A DNA stretch of 64,000 nt, taken from the NCBI RefSeq assembly GCF_001194135.2, contig NC_068983.1, positions 59,602,508-59,666,507 on the forward strand, written 5' to 3'. Both the position numbers and the translations under genes were made by a program. The notes beneath the pieces are model-generated. The model was given only the letters and a program-made list of their open reading frames with translations. It ran no database searches and was not told the origin of the DNA. This DNA is from Octopus bimaculoides (taxonomy: Eukaryota). Below, one piece after another: positions 38,135 through 50,785 of this stretch. How positions within the stretch are numbered: position 1 is the first letter of the stretch; the number at the start of each line of letters is the position of its first letter.

Positions 38135-38243
38135 CGTTGTTCAGTTTTATTTCAAGATTTCTCACCAATAGAGAAAGAGCTGGTTTCTAACCTAGATCCA
38201 AGGCTCTTTCATTGGAATTTCAACATGAACAACAGGGTATTTT
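38135..38243 (-). mobile_element. Third 3' end of the (CATA)n-associated RLE element
   Basis: Reverse complement of the 3' UTR at 32890-32993. The 3' junction again abuts ACATACAT. Confidence 0.8.
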
Positions 38244-38430
38244 TGTATGTATGTATGTATGTATTCATGTGTGTATGTATGTATAGATATACACACATGT
38301 GCACATAGACATGTGTATGTATGTTTGCATGTGTATACATAATACATACATATGTCTGTATGTGTATTGGAATTTATTGATTTTCTAATTTATTACTGAA
38401 AGTGCATATAACATATGATGAACATATAAT

Positions 38431-38644
38431 CCTTTCTTTTATAGGCACAAAGCCTGGAATTTGTGGGGAGGTGGATAGTTAACCACATCAACCCCAGTCC
38501 TTGACTGATACTTAATTTATTGACCCTGAAAGGATGAAAGGCAAAGACAACCTTGGTCAAATTTGAACTCAGAACATAGCAATGGGTGAAATACTGCTAA
38601 GCATTTCATTCAATGTACTAAAGATTCTGCCAGCTCTCCACCTT
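38431..38644 (-). mobile_element. SINE family B with 18-bp TSD
   Basis: ATATGATGAACATATAAT at 38413-38430 and 38645-38662. Confidence 0.92.
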
Positions 38645-39712
38645 ATATGATGAACATATAATATTTTGTCTTAAGAGTATTGCTGTGCTTTGTATACAAA
38701 TATTCTGACATGATCAAAAACATTTACTAGTGCTTAGGCTGCCCAAGATTTCCTTGAAATCTTATTTAGACTTATTTCACATGGCAGATCATGGGTACAA
38801 GACACATTTTATAGTATCATAGGCCTTGAAATGTTACTATATAATTTACTGGTATCATGTAGTACTAAATATTGGCATATTCTGACTTGCAACATTAAGA
38901 AACATTAATTTAGAATTTGCAACAATATTTTATAGGATTTAATCTAGTCATATCCAACCAAAATATCCTACTTGTTTTATGTTCAAACCAGACAGATCAG
39001 ACCTCTCACAATTACCATACAATGTCAATTTAAGAATAAGCAATCACATTATATTAATCTTGAAGCTACAAGATAAAATATGATTAATTCAAAGCATTAC
39101 ATTTGACAGAGTAATCTGAATGCTAAATAGTTAAATGATAAATATGTATGTTTGCAAAATTTTAACATTTAGCAACTTTAAGCATTTATTCTGAGCCATA
39201 AAATAACAATGAATTATAGTAGCTTAAATCATGTTGACTTTTATATAGGGCCAGTGCTGAAGATTTTAAAAATCTAGTGGTATTAGAAAAGGAAAAATAT
39301 ATAGCAAATATCTTTTTTCATCATGGTATCCATATCTGTCAACAAAGAATTGCTGTAAACTGTTTGAACTACATTTAGAAAGAAGTAAAAATTGAATCCT
39401 CATATTTACTCTGTATTACCACCTACTGCTTTTGCACTACTATTTTGGGCTGATTATATTCTAAGTTTATAGTGGTACCAAGTTGTAATGGTACTTGACT
39501 TCCACTTGGATAGCAGAGATACAGAGAGACTAACTGAATGACCAAGCATGTGCAATGGCTTCAGTGTAGAGCTAGCCTAGTGCAATGAATTGAGTACCAA
39601 CTCTTATTTTTATATGATAAAACTTGATATGATACAGAATATTAGGGGATTAAATAATTTAAATGATTCAAAGTCCATTTGGTGTTATTGGAATGAAAAT
39701 AGATGAAGATAT

Positions 39713-39839
39713 AGGTGCAGGCATGGCTCTGGGTTCAGTTCCACTGCATGGAACATTGAATAAATATCTTCTTCTATAGTCCTGGGCTGATCAAAGCCTT
39801 GAGAGCAGATTTGGTTAATGGAACCTGAAAGAAGCCCAT

Positions 39840-39881
<42 letters not shown>

Positions 39882-40100
39882 CAATGCATGTGTATGTTTG
39901 TGTGTGTCCTTCACAACCACTTAACAGCCAGTGTTGGTTTGTTTACATCCCTGTAATTTAGTGGGTTGGTAAAAAAGAGGCTGATAGGTTAAGCATCAGG
40001 CTGAAGAAAAAAGATAAGTACTGGAGTCGATTTGTTCAAGTAAATCCTTCAAGGCAGTGTCCCAGTATGTCTGCAATCTAAGAAAAATAAAAGAATAAAA
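39713..40100 (+). mobile_element. SINE family A, full length, decayed
   Basis: Head GGTGCAGGCATGGC, core, (GT)n, 3' part. Confidence 0.82.
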
Positions 40101-40674
40101 AATTTAAAAAATAAAAGACTGGGAAAATATAAGAATAATAGAAAAATGTTTCTCAGTAAAACTTATGATGTTTGACCTGAGTAGTAATTTATTGCCATAA
40201 ATATGCACTGATATGTTGGTCTCTAGAATCTACTAGTTATGGGCAACAGCAATTTACTAACTTGAAATATTCACTTCATTAAGATATTTCTAGATTTATA
40301 GGAAGATCAGTTAATGTTTGCTTTCATGAGGTGACTTGCTAGCAAGTGAACATATCCCAAATCCATATTCTTCTACATAGATCTGGTAAATGCACATGAT
40401 GGCTTGCTAATGTCTAAATACAGGTCATCGTATCACCTTTTGAAATATACCATTCAAGGAATCTCGAGAATGTAAAGTAATTTTGTATTTTGAATTCAAG
40501 GATTGATTACTTCTTGGACAGTATGTAACCAACCCTTACATTTGAGAATCTGAAGTGATGCAAAATGTCAACTGTACACAGGTCAAATAGACACACCTAA
40601 TGAAAATTGCACAGGATAAATGATATACATAAACACACATATATATCACATATCCATATGTGTGTGGTTGTGTG

Positions 40675-40708
<34 letters not shown>

Positions 40709-40832
40709 CGTATGTATGTATAGATATATATATATATATATATATATACGTATATAAACACACACACATATATGCATACACATATATACATATGTATACA
40801 CATGCACACGCATATATATATCATAGTTTATA

Positions 40833-42113
40833 TTGCGTTGTCTGGAAAGTTCGTGCCAATTTTTAAAGGAAAGAAAAAGGTCAATAAATACTTGCCATTA
40901 CATTTTTAATCAACCAAATATGAACCATTTTATTGCACAATGTGTCTCCATCTTTCCTTTAACTCGAAAATACCCTCTTCCCAGAATTGAGGTGGTTTCA
41001 TGGCAAAGAATTCATCAAGGTATCTTTTTACGTCATCCAAGGAATTGAAATTTTTACCATTAAGGCTTTTCTACAGAGACCTGAATAAGTGGAAATCTGA
41101 AGGAGCAATATCTGGTGAATATGGAGCGTGGGGTAACACATCCCAGCCGAGCTGTAGCAATTTTTGTCTAGTTTCCAAAGAAACGTGCGGTCTTGCATTA
41201 TCATGTTGGAAAACAACATCCTTCCAGTTGGCCAATTCTGGACGTTTGTCTTGAATTGCTGCTTTTAACTCGTCCAGTTTTGTGCAGTATTTCTCAGAAT
41301 GAATTGTCTGTTACTTGGGAGAAGCTCATAGTACAGAATTCCTTTCCATCCCACCAGACACAAAGCAAGACTTTTTTAGGGTGAAGACCTGCTTTTGGGG
41401 TGGCTAAGGGTGGCTCATGTCGCTTACTCCAGAATCGCTTTCTCTGAACATTTCAGTAGATAATCCATTTCTTATCACCTGTTACAATTTGCTTTAAAAA
41501 GGCGCATTTTAATTCCGTTTATAAAGTGAATTACAGATGGAAATGCGATCCAAAAGGTTCTTCTCACTTAACTCATGTGGCACCCAAACATCGTAGCTAT
41601 TTGTGTACCCAAGCTTTACCAGGTGCTCATAAAAGATGGATTTTGATAGGTTGAGGCTTTCTGCCAATTCTCGGGTTGTGCAATGTGGGTTATTCTCAAT
41701 TAATGACTTGATTTGGTCATCATCTGTAGTGGATGGTCTGCCTGATCGCTCTTTATCAATAAGTCTACAATCTCCAGCTCAGAACCTTGCAAACCACTTC
41801 TGTACAGTTCTTTCGAATAAAGAAACATCACTGTAAACTGCATATATTTCTTTGGTTGCTTGTGAAGCATTTTTCCCTTTAAAGAAAAAGAAAAGCATCA
41901 AGTGCCGAAAATGAACTTTCTTATCTTCCATTTTAAAGGGTTACAGAATTAATACAGGTTATAGGAACATAAACCTTCTTCCACGAAAAGATAGCTTAAA
42001 CTGTGCTCTAAATGGGGGTGTAGTCAAGTCCTATTTTATGGACTCAACCATGTTTTAAAATAAGTTGAAAGATAAGCTACTATAAATCGGCACGAACTAT
42101 CCGGACAATCCAA
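40833..42113 (-). mobile_element. Full-length (~1.28 kb) DD34D mariner with ~30-bp TIRs
   Basis: TTGCGTTGTCTGGAAAGTTCGTGCCAATTT vs the reverse complement of the right end, TTGGATTGTCCGGATAGTTCGTGCCGATTT. TA-type flanks. Confidence 0.95.
40906..41931 (-). pseudogene. Mariner transposase pseudogene
   Basis: MEDKKVHFRHLML... WVPHEL, TGD-region, HDNARPH and YSPDIAPSDFHLF (34 residues between the last two catalytic Asp). At least three in-frame stops and frameshifts. Confidence 0.93.
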
Positions 42114-42769
42114 TGTAATACATTACTCATGGCATACATAGCTACTATATTACAGGGTATATTAATATTACAGGGTTTTCCATATTACTAGTGAGACTCT
42201 GCATCTGTGCCTAGAAAGTTTCCCTCCAATGTGCAGGCCAATGGACAATGCTTCTTCTTATGGAAGGTTGATTAGCTGTTGCCCATAGGGGAAAGTTTCC
42301 TATCTCTATGCCATGATGCTGTCTAGGAGAAGGCAAGAGCCAGTAATGTTTGGGACCAGTATTGTTGCAGGCAAAGCGGTGGAACAGATACCATAAGGCA
42401 TCATGCTTATTGTTCTATTTGTTCTGATAATTTATCATTTTGGTTTGGCACTTTATTTATTGGCCCAGAAGGGTGAAAGGCAAAGTTGACCTCAGCAAAT
42501 TTTTTAACTCAGAGCATTGTCATCATCATCATCATCCTCATTTTAATATTTATTTTATCATACTTGCATGGGTCTGAAAGAAATTGTTGAGGTAGATCTT
42601 ATACAGCTGGATGCCATTTCTGTTGCTAATCCTTACCTGTTTCCAAGACTGGACATGTTTTCATGGAATATTGGAAACAAATAATATTGCTTCTTTGATG
42701 TTAAAACTAGTTTGTAAATATTATGTGTTGTTAAAACAAAAATACATGAACACACACACATAGACACAT

Positions 42770-42824
<55 letters not shown>

Positions 42825-43044
42825 ACAGGCTTCTTTTAATTTCCATTCACTAAACTCACCCATGAGGCTTTGTAGAAGAGATACATCAAGATGTTCTATC
42901 CAGCAATCTTATGATTCTGCCAATTCAGTTAGCATAGTTCCATATTTAATCTAGATCTGACTATTTTTAAACATTGTCTATATTCAGAAAATTTGAATAA
43001 ATGGTTATTTCATGATATTTCTGTCAAGTGCAGTTCCCTTTAAA

Positions 43045-43258
43045 TTTGCTTTTACCAAATAGAATTGTTAAGGTTCCATTAACATTTTCTGAGGTTATGG
43101 ACTATTTATGTAACACAATGTTCTATACAACTTGTATAAGATATTCAGAAAGATTTTGCTTTTACTAAGTACAGTTGTTTCATTAACATTTTCTGATGTT
43201 ACGAACCATTTACATAAAACATTGTTCTTCACAACTTATATAAGATATTGAGGAAGTG
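43045..43258. repeat. Diverged tandem duplication, period about 104 bp
   Basis: CATTAACATTTTCTGA at 43077 and 43181. TAAGATATT at the end of both units. Confidence 0.8.
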
Positions 43259-45792
43259 AGTGAGGATTGCAAGTTATTGATATAGTGTGATTATGTTTTG
43301 AAAATGTTACTGTTGTGGTATGATTCCATTTTAGAACATAGTTTCTTGAGTCTAGCAGCATTGTCAAACACATAAATGAAGTTATCTAATAGTTCCTGAG
43401 TAGAGAGAGAACAGGTTAACCAGGAAGCATTATCTTTTTTGGCTTGTCACAGTTGTTATTTGAAATATGAGTTTTCTTATCATTTATATTCATGATTTTG
43501 TAGCAGAGCACTATATATATATATATATATATACTGCATGTGCGACTGTGTTTGTTTCTGTATGTTCCCTCATTTGTCCATTCACCAGAAATATGATTTG
43601 TGCTGTAATTTCTCTTTTCTGTGTTTAAAAGAATTTTAAAGTTAATAATTTGCATTAAACTAAATTCTCAATATCAATGAATTCAAAGACGTTTGATAAC
43701 TTATATTCATAACACTGTGCAATAGGATTTTTGTCCTTGGTGGCAACTGTTATTTCTTATTTGCTTACCTCTACAAAGTATGAAAAATAGCTAATATTCC
43801 CTTCAAACTTTGCTTTTGTTACATCTATTCAAGCCCCAAAGAATCCCTTTCAACACAGGGCTGTGATGCTCTCCCCACTACTCTTGCACATGATCAGAGA
43901 TGCACATATTGTCAGCCACTAAGGGACATGCTCAAGTGGCTAAGGTCAAGCAACTGACAAGCAAACCTGTGGTATTGAGCAGAAAATTTGCTGATATTTC
44001 TGCTTCAGTTACCCATATTTATCTGTGTAATTTACTAAGAATATCATTTGCATGAACCTCCTTAACAAAGGAGGTTCATTCATTTTGTATGTCTTCTAAT
44101 TTCTTACTACACTTAGTATATCTTTTGATACATTGCAATGGTCCACAAATAATAAATGATGTCAAAGAAGTGAAAGGAAAGGTTCCACAGACTTTAGGTA
44201 GGTGCCAACATTTTCAACTTGGCTACAAGTATCCTGTCCAGTATGAGAGGAACTGTAGGATCAGTGCAATGGTTTGCATGCTCACTTGATAGAGCAGTGG
44301 TGCCTGGCTGCTTCTGAGTGATAACAGCTGAATGCCTCTAAGCTGGAACCATAGCTGGACTTGAGTTATTTTCCAAAACCTTCTCAACCTCAAGGTGTAG
44401 CCTTAGCTCAACAAGTGCCATTTAGATCCTGTAATAAAAGCAGCATCACATCATGATGCACATTTGGTAAGTGTCGAATATACTGTAAGTTCAATGAATA
44501 ACTCACAAGAAAGTGGTTTGAATAAACTGACAGAAGCTCTTTCTGTAGATATATCATGGCCATGAAGATGTTGGAGTGATGGTGGCGATAATAATTAGTG
44601 TCATTTCTATGAATGAACAGCTGGCCATTTAATTTGATTCCAATTAGTATATCATAAACTGTATCTCGATTTATTATCAATTTATCAGCTCCTGCCACAT
44701 TGTCTTTTTAAACTTAGTTCTAGACAACATCGTATTTGTTTTCATCTATACAAAATGATATTTGATTATGAAATTACCATTCTTCTAGGCAGTTAATCTT
44801 TGGTATGTGAGTAGGAGTCAGAGAAGCTATTTATGGACTTAAAAAGTTATTGACATAAAAATTAAGAAATAGCATTGTTTATAGCTATGAATGGGATTGA
44901 GATTAAAAAAAAAAGATAATTTCAAGTTGAAATATAATAATGATAAAATATTGCAGATTGCATAAATATAATACAATAAATATAGAGCATAAATATATCT
45001 ATAAAAATTAATCTTTGTTTCATATTAATTTTTAGTTTGGTATGGTATGTGGGCAAATGAGATGTATGTATGTTTCCATAAGGCTCTTTGTTCATTATCA
45101 GTACATGCTATTTTTAGAGAACATATTTGTTTACTATTATGGTTAACAAAATATCTGCTGCAATACTATATTAAGAAGCTTTTATGGAACCTAGATATAG
45201 AATGAATGCACAAAAATGTTTGTTTTTTTCTTCTTTAGAAGATTATTTTTTACTGGTAAGAATTCTGTTTCTAACTAGTTTGTAATTTTCTTTCTCAGCT
45301 TTTCTGCAATCAATACCAATATACTTAAAACTAATTTTCAATGCTAAATGTCTATTTAATATATGTTCTTTAACTGTATATATTCTGTTTATGATTATTA
45401 TCCCTATTGAATTTCTTACATAGTAATTCAATGATTCCTGTGATCTGATTTCAGTTCTATTCTATGACAGCTCTTATTCAATATCTTTGTCATTAGCAAA
45501 GAATCTAATTTTCTCTAGAACCAAATCCATTTATATGTATGTGTATCTACACACACACACATGTATGTATGCATGTATGTATGGGTTTGATGATGATGAT
45601 AATAATAATGATAATAATAAAAACAATGATATAATAATACAATATTATATATCATAATAATCAAATTACTAATTGGTTTTATACAAGAGGCTGAGAACCA
45701 AATTTGGCAATCATCAGAAATGGAAGAAAGGAATACCCTAGCATGGGCTCTTCAGCACTGGAGGCTTGAAAGTGTCACATTCAGTTTTTGGG

Positions 45793-45842
<50 letters not shown>

Positions 45843-46539
45843 GCATGCATATGTGTATATAGGCACATATTGTGTGTGCGTACATACATACTTATATATG
45901 TGAGCCTGTGTATTAATATATATGTTTGAAATTCAGTCACATACAGCTGTAACTAATAGATAAACATTATATGTTAATAAAGAATAAAGACCAAAGAATA
46001 ACTAATTTAAAACTGAATGCCTTATTTCTTTTTCTTTTTATGTTGTTATGCTTCTCATTTCCCAAATCACTTTTTGGGTAAATTTGTACTTAAAACCACA
46101 AATTTTTAACTTTAATACCTATTTTATTATGGATTGACTTTTTGGTTCATATAAATATATTTACATTGGTACAAAAACTCGTTTATGCAGAAAAAAAAAA
46201 AAAAAAGAAGAATGTAACAGAAAAGAAAAAGGAAAAGGAATAATTTTTCTGAAATGAAAACTCTGATATAGTTGCAAATAAATGTTAGAAACAGTTTGTT
46301 TTTGCTAAAATCTTAAGGTGAAAAGTACTATGAATAAAGGATGGTTTATAAGAAAATTCTGCATGATGAAACAACACTAAGCCTCTACTCACAAGTGAAT
46401 ATGACCTGGTAGCTTGTTAATTGTTTTGAGTGCCTAAGTAGTTACAAGTGGACATACACACTTACTCATTCTCTTGGTTGTCCAGTCTTTGATCCTAAGG
46501 GGACACCAAGGACGTGGCAGCTGGAGGAGAAAGGGCTGC

Positions 46540-46700
46540 ACTTGCAGTATTAGGCTGGTACTCATTCTCAACTGAGTAGACTGGAGCAAGACAAAATGAT
46601 TTGACTTCCCCAAGAATACCAATGCACTGCTAAGTCCAGGAATTGAACCTACAATCTTATGATTGTGAGTCCAACATCCTGACCATGTGACTATGCACTT
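46540..46700 (-). mobile_element. Decayed tRNA-derived SINE (different family)
   Basis: GCTGGTACTCATTCTCAACTGAGTAGACTGGAGC...GGAATTGAACC (B-box-like on minus strand). Confidence 0.55.
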
Positions 46701-46856
46701 TGAATATAAAAAATAATTCAACAAGGTCTTAACCTTTTCATTACCATATGTCTGTTGAAGTACACTAATTTTGTTTAAAATAGTTTTGGAAATAATTAAG
46801 AATTTGGTAAAACAACTTTGTCATTATTAAGCAGGTGCATGGAATATAGATTAACA

Positions 46857-47497
46857 TAGGTGCAGGCATGGCTGTAGGGTAAGAAGTTTGCATCCCAATC
46901 ACATTGCTCCAGATTCAGTCCCACTGCATAGCACCTTGGGCAAGTGTCTTCTACTACAAGCTTGGGCCAATAAAAGTCTTGTGAATGGATTTGGTAGATG
47001 GAAACTGAAAGAAGTCCATCACACACACACATATATGTGTGAGTGTATGTGTGTGCATACATATATATGTATGTATGTATGTATGTGTATATATGCATGT
47101 ATGTATATGTATGTATGCATGTATGCAATGGCAGACTGACCAGGTTGCCAGCTTGCTTAATGGCAAGTGAGCCCCTGTGCCATTAGAATCCATATATGGG
47201 GGCCCATGTTAGTATATAATGGGCCTATACCCTCAGGTTTGAGAATTTTTTTATTCATTCCTGGAAGAATGCATTAATTATTTCAGCCTGGCTGTGCTTG
47301 TAGACAGTTGGAAAGAATACTTTTAACAAAAAAATAAATAAATAAATGATAGCATTGTAGTTGTGGGTGGGGCCCCCTTAGTCCCCTGGCAACCAATAAT
47401 TTTTTCACCCAGTCTGCCACCGAATATATGTATATATATGTATGTATGTATATATACATATATGTATATATATATATATATATATATNNNNNNNNNN

Positions 47498-47542
<45 letters not shown>

Positions 47543-47923
47543 TGTGTGTGTGGGTGTGTGTGTGTGTGTGTATGTATATGTATATATATGTATGTATGTA
47601 TAAGATCCAGGGATCAAGGTGTAGGAAGCAAGTTAGGTTCGAGCAATCTGTAGTAAATATGAAAAAACTAAAAACTACTTTCAGGGACAATAATGGTTTA
47701 TTAAGACAGATAGTTATGAATTTTTTTCACAAACTGAAAAAAGCTCCTTTTATATTTCACAGTAAACTTTCGGCAATGTAAACTTGTGGTGATGTAAACC
47801 TTCATTTAATCAAGATATTCTTGGCCTAAAAAGTAATGTACAGTATACACCACTTCTGAGGTTCCACTTGCTATGAAACATATGTAGCCCAGATCTTATC
47901 TACTCCATTCCATATCTCTTGTA

Positions 47924-47973
<50 letters not shown>

Positions 47974-48190
47974 TTTGCATTTGTGCTTGTCCCCCACCAC
48001 TGCTTGACAACCGACGTTGGTGTATTTGCATCTCTGCAACTTAGCAATTCACCAAAAGAGACCAATAGAATAAGTACCAGGCTTTACAAAAAGTTATAAA
48101 TACTGGAATTGATTTGTTTGACTAAAATTCTTCAAGGCAGCGCCCCAGCATGGTCGGAGTCTAATGACAAACAAGTAAAAGATAAAAGAT
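46857..48190 (+). mobile_element. SINE family A halves (46857-47030 and 47962-48190) separated by ~900 bp of nested insertions in the central microsatellite
   Basis: 5' and 3' halves are collinear on the same strand. A single-element origin is inferred. Confidence 0.6.
47126..47422. mobile_element. hAT-like MITE
   Basis: Termini CAATGGCAGACTG...GGTTGCCAG and CTGGCAACC...CAGTCTGCCACCG. Flanking 8-mers CATGTATG / AATATATG (6 of 8 match). Confidence 0.65.
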
Positions 48191-49163
48191 TTTAGTTTAG
48201 ACCAGTCTAAAACAGGAAATTTGTATCATAGAACCAGAAGCAGTCTTAGGTGGGTTGGTATCAAAAGGATTAAACATGATCTCTGCCACTAATTCAAAAA
48301 TGAAATAATGATTTGCACTTGATATCTAAAACATTTAATGTCATTGCACACACAGTGTAATAGCCTAAAGCTGCCTAACTAACTCGAGTTTATTGCACAA
48401 ACAAATTCAATCAATTTCCATTCATTTTATTGTTGTTAACTGTAGCAGATGTTGTGGTATATCAACGTTTATGAGAACCAACTTCTTCACATATTGCAGA
48501 CACTTTCCATATGTTACTAATAATGTTCTTCATATAACAACTCACAACTTCTTTCTTCTTCCTTCTCTCTCTCTTTCTCTCTCTCTCTCCCTCTCTCCCT
48601 CTCTCTCTCTAATACACTCACTGATGAAATAAAGCAATGAATTTGTATCAGAATCAGTGGAGCTGCACTGCATCTTTGTGCTGTAGACTGAAACTTTTCA
48701 GTCATAATTTACCTATAAAAGTTAAGATGGTGGTGGTGGTAGCAGTGGCGGCGGTGGTGGTGGCAGCAGCAATACTTATTGTCACTGCAAATATTGTTGT
48801 TTAACCCCTGGTTAGCTCTGATCAAGCATACCTCTTATCAAGGGTTATCCAGCCATGCCCATTCTGTCTGTCTTACTGACATTGTGTATCTCAGCTTGCA
48901 TGATCCAATATACCCATATTATGCTGACTTATCTTATTATACCAAATATGTCATTGAAAGATTTGGCTGCTATTTCTTGTACGTTAAGCGTCCACATAAA
49001 AGATTTCTTATTGGTTTCATACAAAATGTTTAATGTGTGTGCGTGTATGTGTGTTTATTCTTAAACAAGAATGTTGTTGACTGTTACTTCAAAGTTTCAG
49101 CCAGTTAAGTTATCATCGGACTGCACTGCATTAGAATTCATTTTAGCTTAACTCAACAAATGC

Positions 49164-49210
49164 TATATAAAGCGAAGATTAACTCTAATACATCACAGTC
49201 CAAAGATGGC
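49164..49210 (+). promoter_or_regulatory. Candidate core promoter: TATA box, Inr-like site, YY1 motif
   Basis: GC-flanked TATATAAA 49164-49171, TCACAGTC 49193-49200, AAGATGGC 49203-49210. Confidence 0.3.
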
Positions 49211-49362
49211 TTAACAGGCCAAAACTTCGAAGTCCCTGTCAACAACATTCTTATTTAAGAATAAACTTTTACCCTACAGAGGTGTAGAGTAACCCCTCGG
49301 TGTAATGTAAAATTGTTTGTATTATAACTGAAAATAAAAACATAAAAACAAACATATATATA

Positions 49363-49428
<66 letters not shown>

Positions 49429-49454
49429 CATACATACATTTTATAAACTCTTCC

Positions 49455-49760
49455 ATCTTTCAGTGAGTGGATTTGGTAGACAGAAACCAAGAGAAGCCTG
49501 TCATATATATGTGTATGTGTGTGTATATATATATGTATGTATGTATGTGTATATGTTTGTGTGTCTGTGTTTGTCCCCCCGAACATCGCTTGACAACTGA
49601 TGCTGGTGTGTTTACATTGCCGTAACTTAGCGGTTCGGCAAAAGAGACCCATAGAATAAGTACTAGGTTTACAAAGAATAACTCCTGGGGTCGATTTGCT
49701 CGACTAAAGGTGGTGCTTTAGCATGGCCGCAGTCAAATGACTGAAACAAGTAAAAGAGAG
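49455..49760 (+). mobile_element. SINE family A (3' two-thirds), young
   Basis: GTGAGTGGATTTGGTAGACAG...CGTAACTTAGCGGTTCGGCAAAAGAGACC...TGACTGAAACAAGTAAAAGAG. Confidence 0.88.
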
Positions 49761-50254
49761 ATGTTTTGTTTATAGTGATCAAATATTTGTGTTCACATAT
49801 ACACGTTCCCGCCATCAGCTTGACACTGCTTGTACAGGTGCAGATGTGTGCTATACATCAGATATTGAATTGATTGGAAAAGCAATGTGAACTGAAGTGT
49901 TTTGCTCAAGAATACAATGCACCACCCAGCCTGGGAATCAAAACCATGATCTCATAACTGTGAATTCCATACCTAAAGCCATCAGCCTATGCACTTTCAT
50001 ACACACACACACACATCATTGGTTCCAAATTTTGGCACAAGGTCAGCAATTTTTGGGGTAGGGGTAAGTTGATTACATCAACCTCAGTGCTCTACTGGTA
50101 CTTATTTTATCAACCCTAAAAGGGATGAAAACCAAGTCAACCTTGGCAGAATTTGAACTCACAATGTGAAGACGGACAAAATGCAGCTAAGCATCTTTCT
50201 GGCTCACTGACTTATACATATATATATATCATTAACAATTAATTCTTTTATTCT

Positions 50255-50554
50255 TTTACTTGTTTCAGTCATTTGACTGTGGCCATGCTGGAGCACCACC
50301 TTAAAGGGTGTTAGTCAAAGAAATCGACCTCAGAACTTATTCTTTGTTAGCCTAGTACTTATTCTATCAGTCATTTTTGCTGAACCGCTAAGTTACGGAG
50401 ATGCAGACACACCAACATCAGTTGTCAACTGATGGTGGCAGGGACAAACACACACACACACACACACACAAACACACATATATACATATTGACTTCTTTC
50501 TTTTTCCACCTGCCAAATCCACTCACAAGGTCATTCCAAAACATTTTCATGGAA

Positions 50555-50636
<82 letters not shown>

Positions 50637-50785
50637 GATGAGCTTCTTTCAATTAACATCTACCAAATTCATTTATAAGGCCAGGGTTATAGTAGCAAAC
50701 ACTTACCCAAGGTGCCACGCAGTGGGACTGAACTCGGAACCATGTGGTTGGGAAGCATGCTTCTTACCACACAGCCATGCTAGCA
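50255..50785 (-). mobile_element. SINE family A with expanded central (CA)/(TA) tract
   Basis: All modules present. Confidence 0.82.

Noticed and set aside
44407-44472. Possible 60-nt exon ending at a GTAAGT donor (44467)
   Set aside because: The acceptor lacks a pyrimidine tract, and the surrounding GC-richer block looks like an unclassified decayed retroelement.
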